Shown: positions 63,747 through 64,000 of the stretch, in pieces
How the letters are laid out: the number at the start of each line of letters is the position of its first letter
How positions within the stretch are numbered: the first letter of the stretch is position 1
DNA from: Mytilus edulis
Taxonomy: Eukaryota
Direction: 5' to 3'
DNA: 64,000 nt
NCBI RefSeq assembly: GCF_963676685.1
Contig: NC_092345.1
Span: 44,516,001 to 44,580,000 of the forward strand
Notes under the pieces: generated by a model
What the model was told of the DNA's origin: nothing
The model's input: the letters and a program-made list of their open reading frames with translations, nothing else
Database searches by the model: none
Position numbers and translations under genes: made by a program

Positions 63747-64000
63747 CTGTAAATATTTATGATATTATTCAAATCTGTGAGCGTAACTTCGTGTTGTCAT
63801 AAAGCTACCCATTTTCTAATTATTTAAGAAGAAGAAATTGACTTAGTTTCAAATCTTTAGAATTTTTGGTAAAATGAAATGTATTCTACGTACGACAGGT
63901 TGTGTTACCTATAAATGCAACGCCAAAGACCACAGCATTTTGAAGTACGTAAGTTAAAAAAAAACTCATAACCACCAATTTTGTAATAAAAAATTTACCA

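Overview
AT-rich, intron-rich eukaryotic DNA. The repeat content and the TRIM type suggest a bivalve, probably a Mytilus-like mussel (inference). Genes were assembled by hand from splice sites and reading frames. (1) The 3' half of a DENND1/connecdenn-like gene lies on + (exons 1747-16623, plus a candidate 6-nt microexon). (2) A complete 4-exon centromeric histone CENP-A/CenH3 gene lies on - (30371-24659, 139 aa). The ORF track misses it, and its intron 1 carries an internally deleted hAT transposon. (3) A RING-less B-box/B-box/coiled-coil/NHL-like TRIM gene with a single coding exon lies on - (34543-32819). (4) The probable 3' exons of an unidentified gene lie at the right edge. The rest is nested MITEs, Helitron/Helentron elements, a Deu/Nin-type SINE, LINE and Penelope-like fragments, and local duplications. 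The most notable non-coding system is a dispersed family of retrozyme-like repeats carrying type I hammerhead ribozymes with a palindromic minimal stem III. There are five copies: two intact, one near-intact and two decayed. All end at about the same 3' point. Two same-strand copies flank a 1,976-nt segment containing an unexplained, highly structured RNA-like element of about 0.4 kb.
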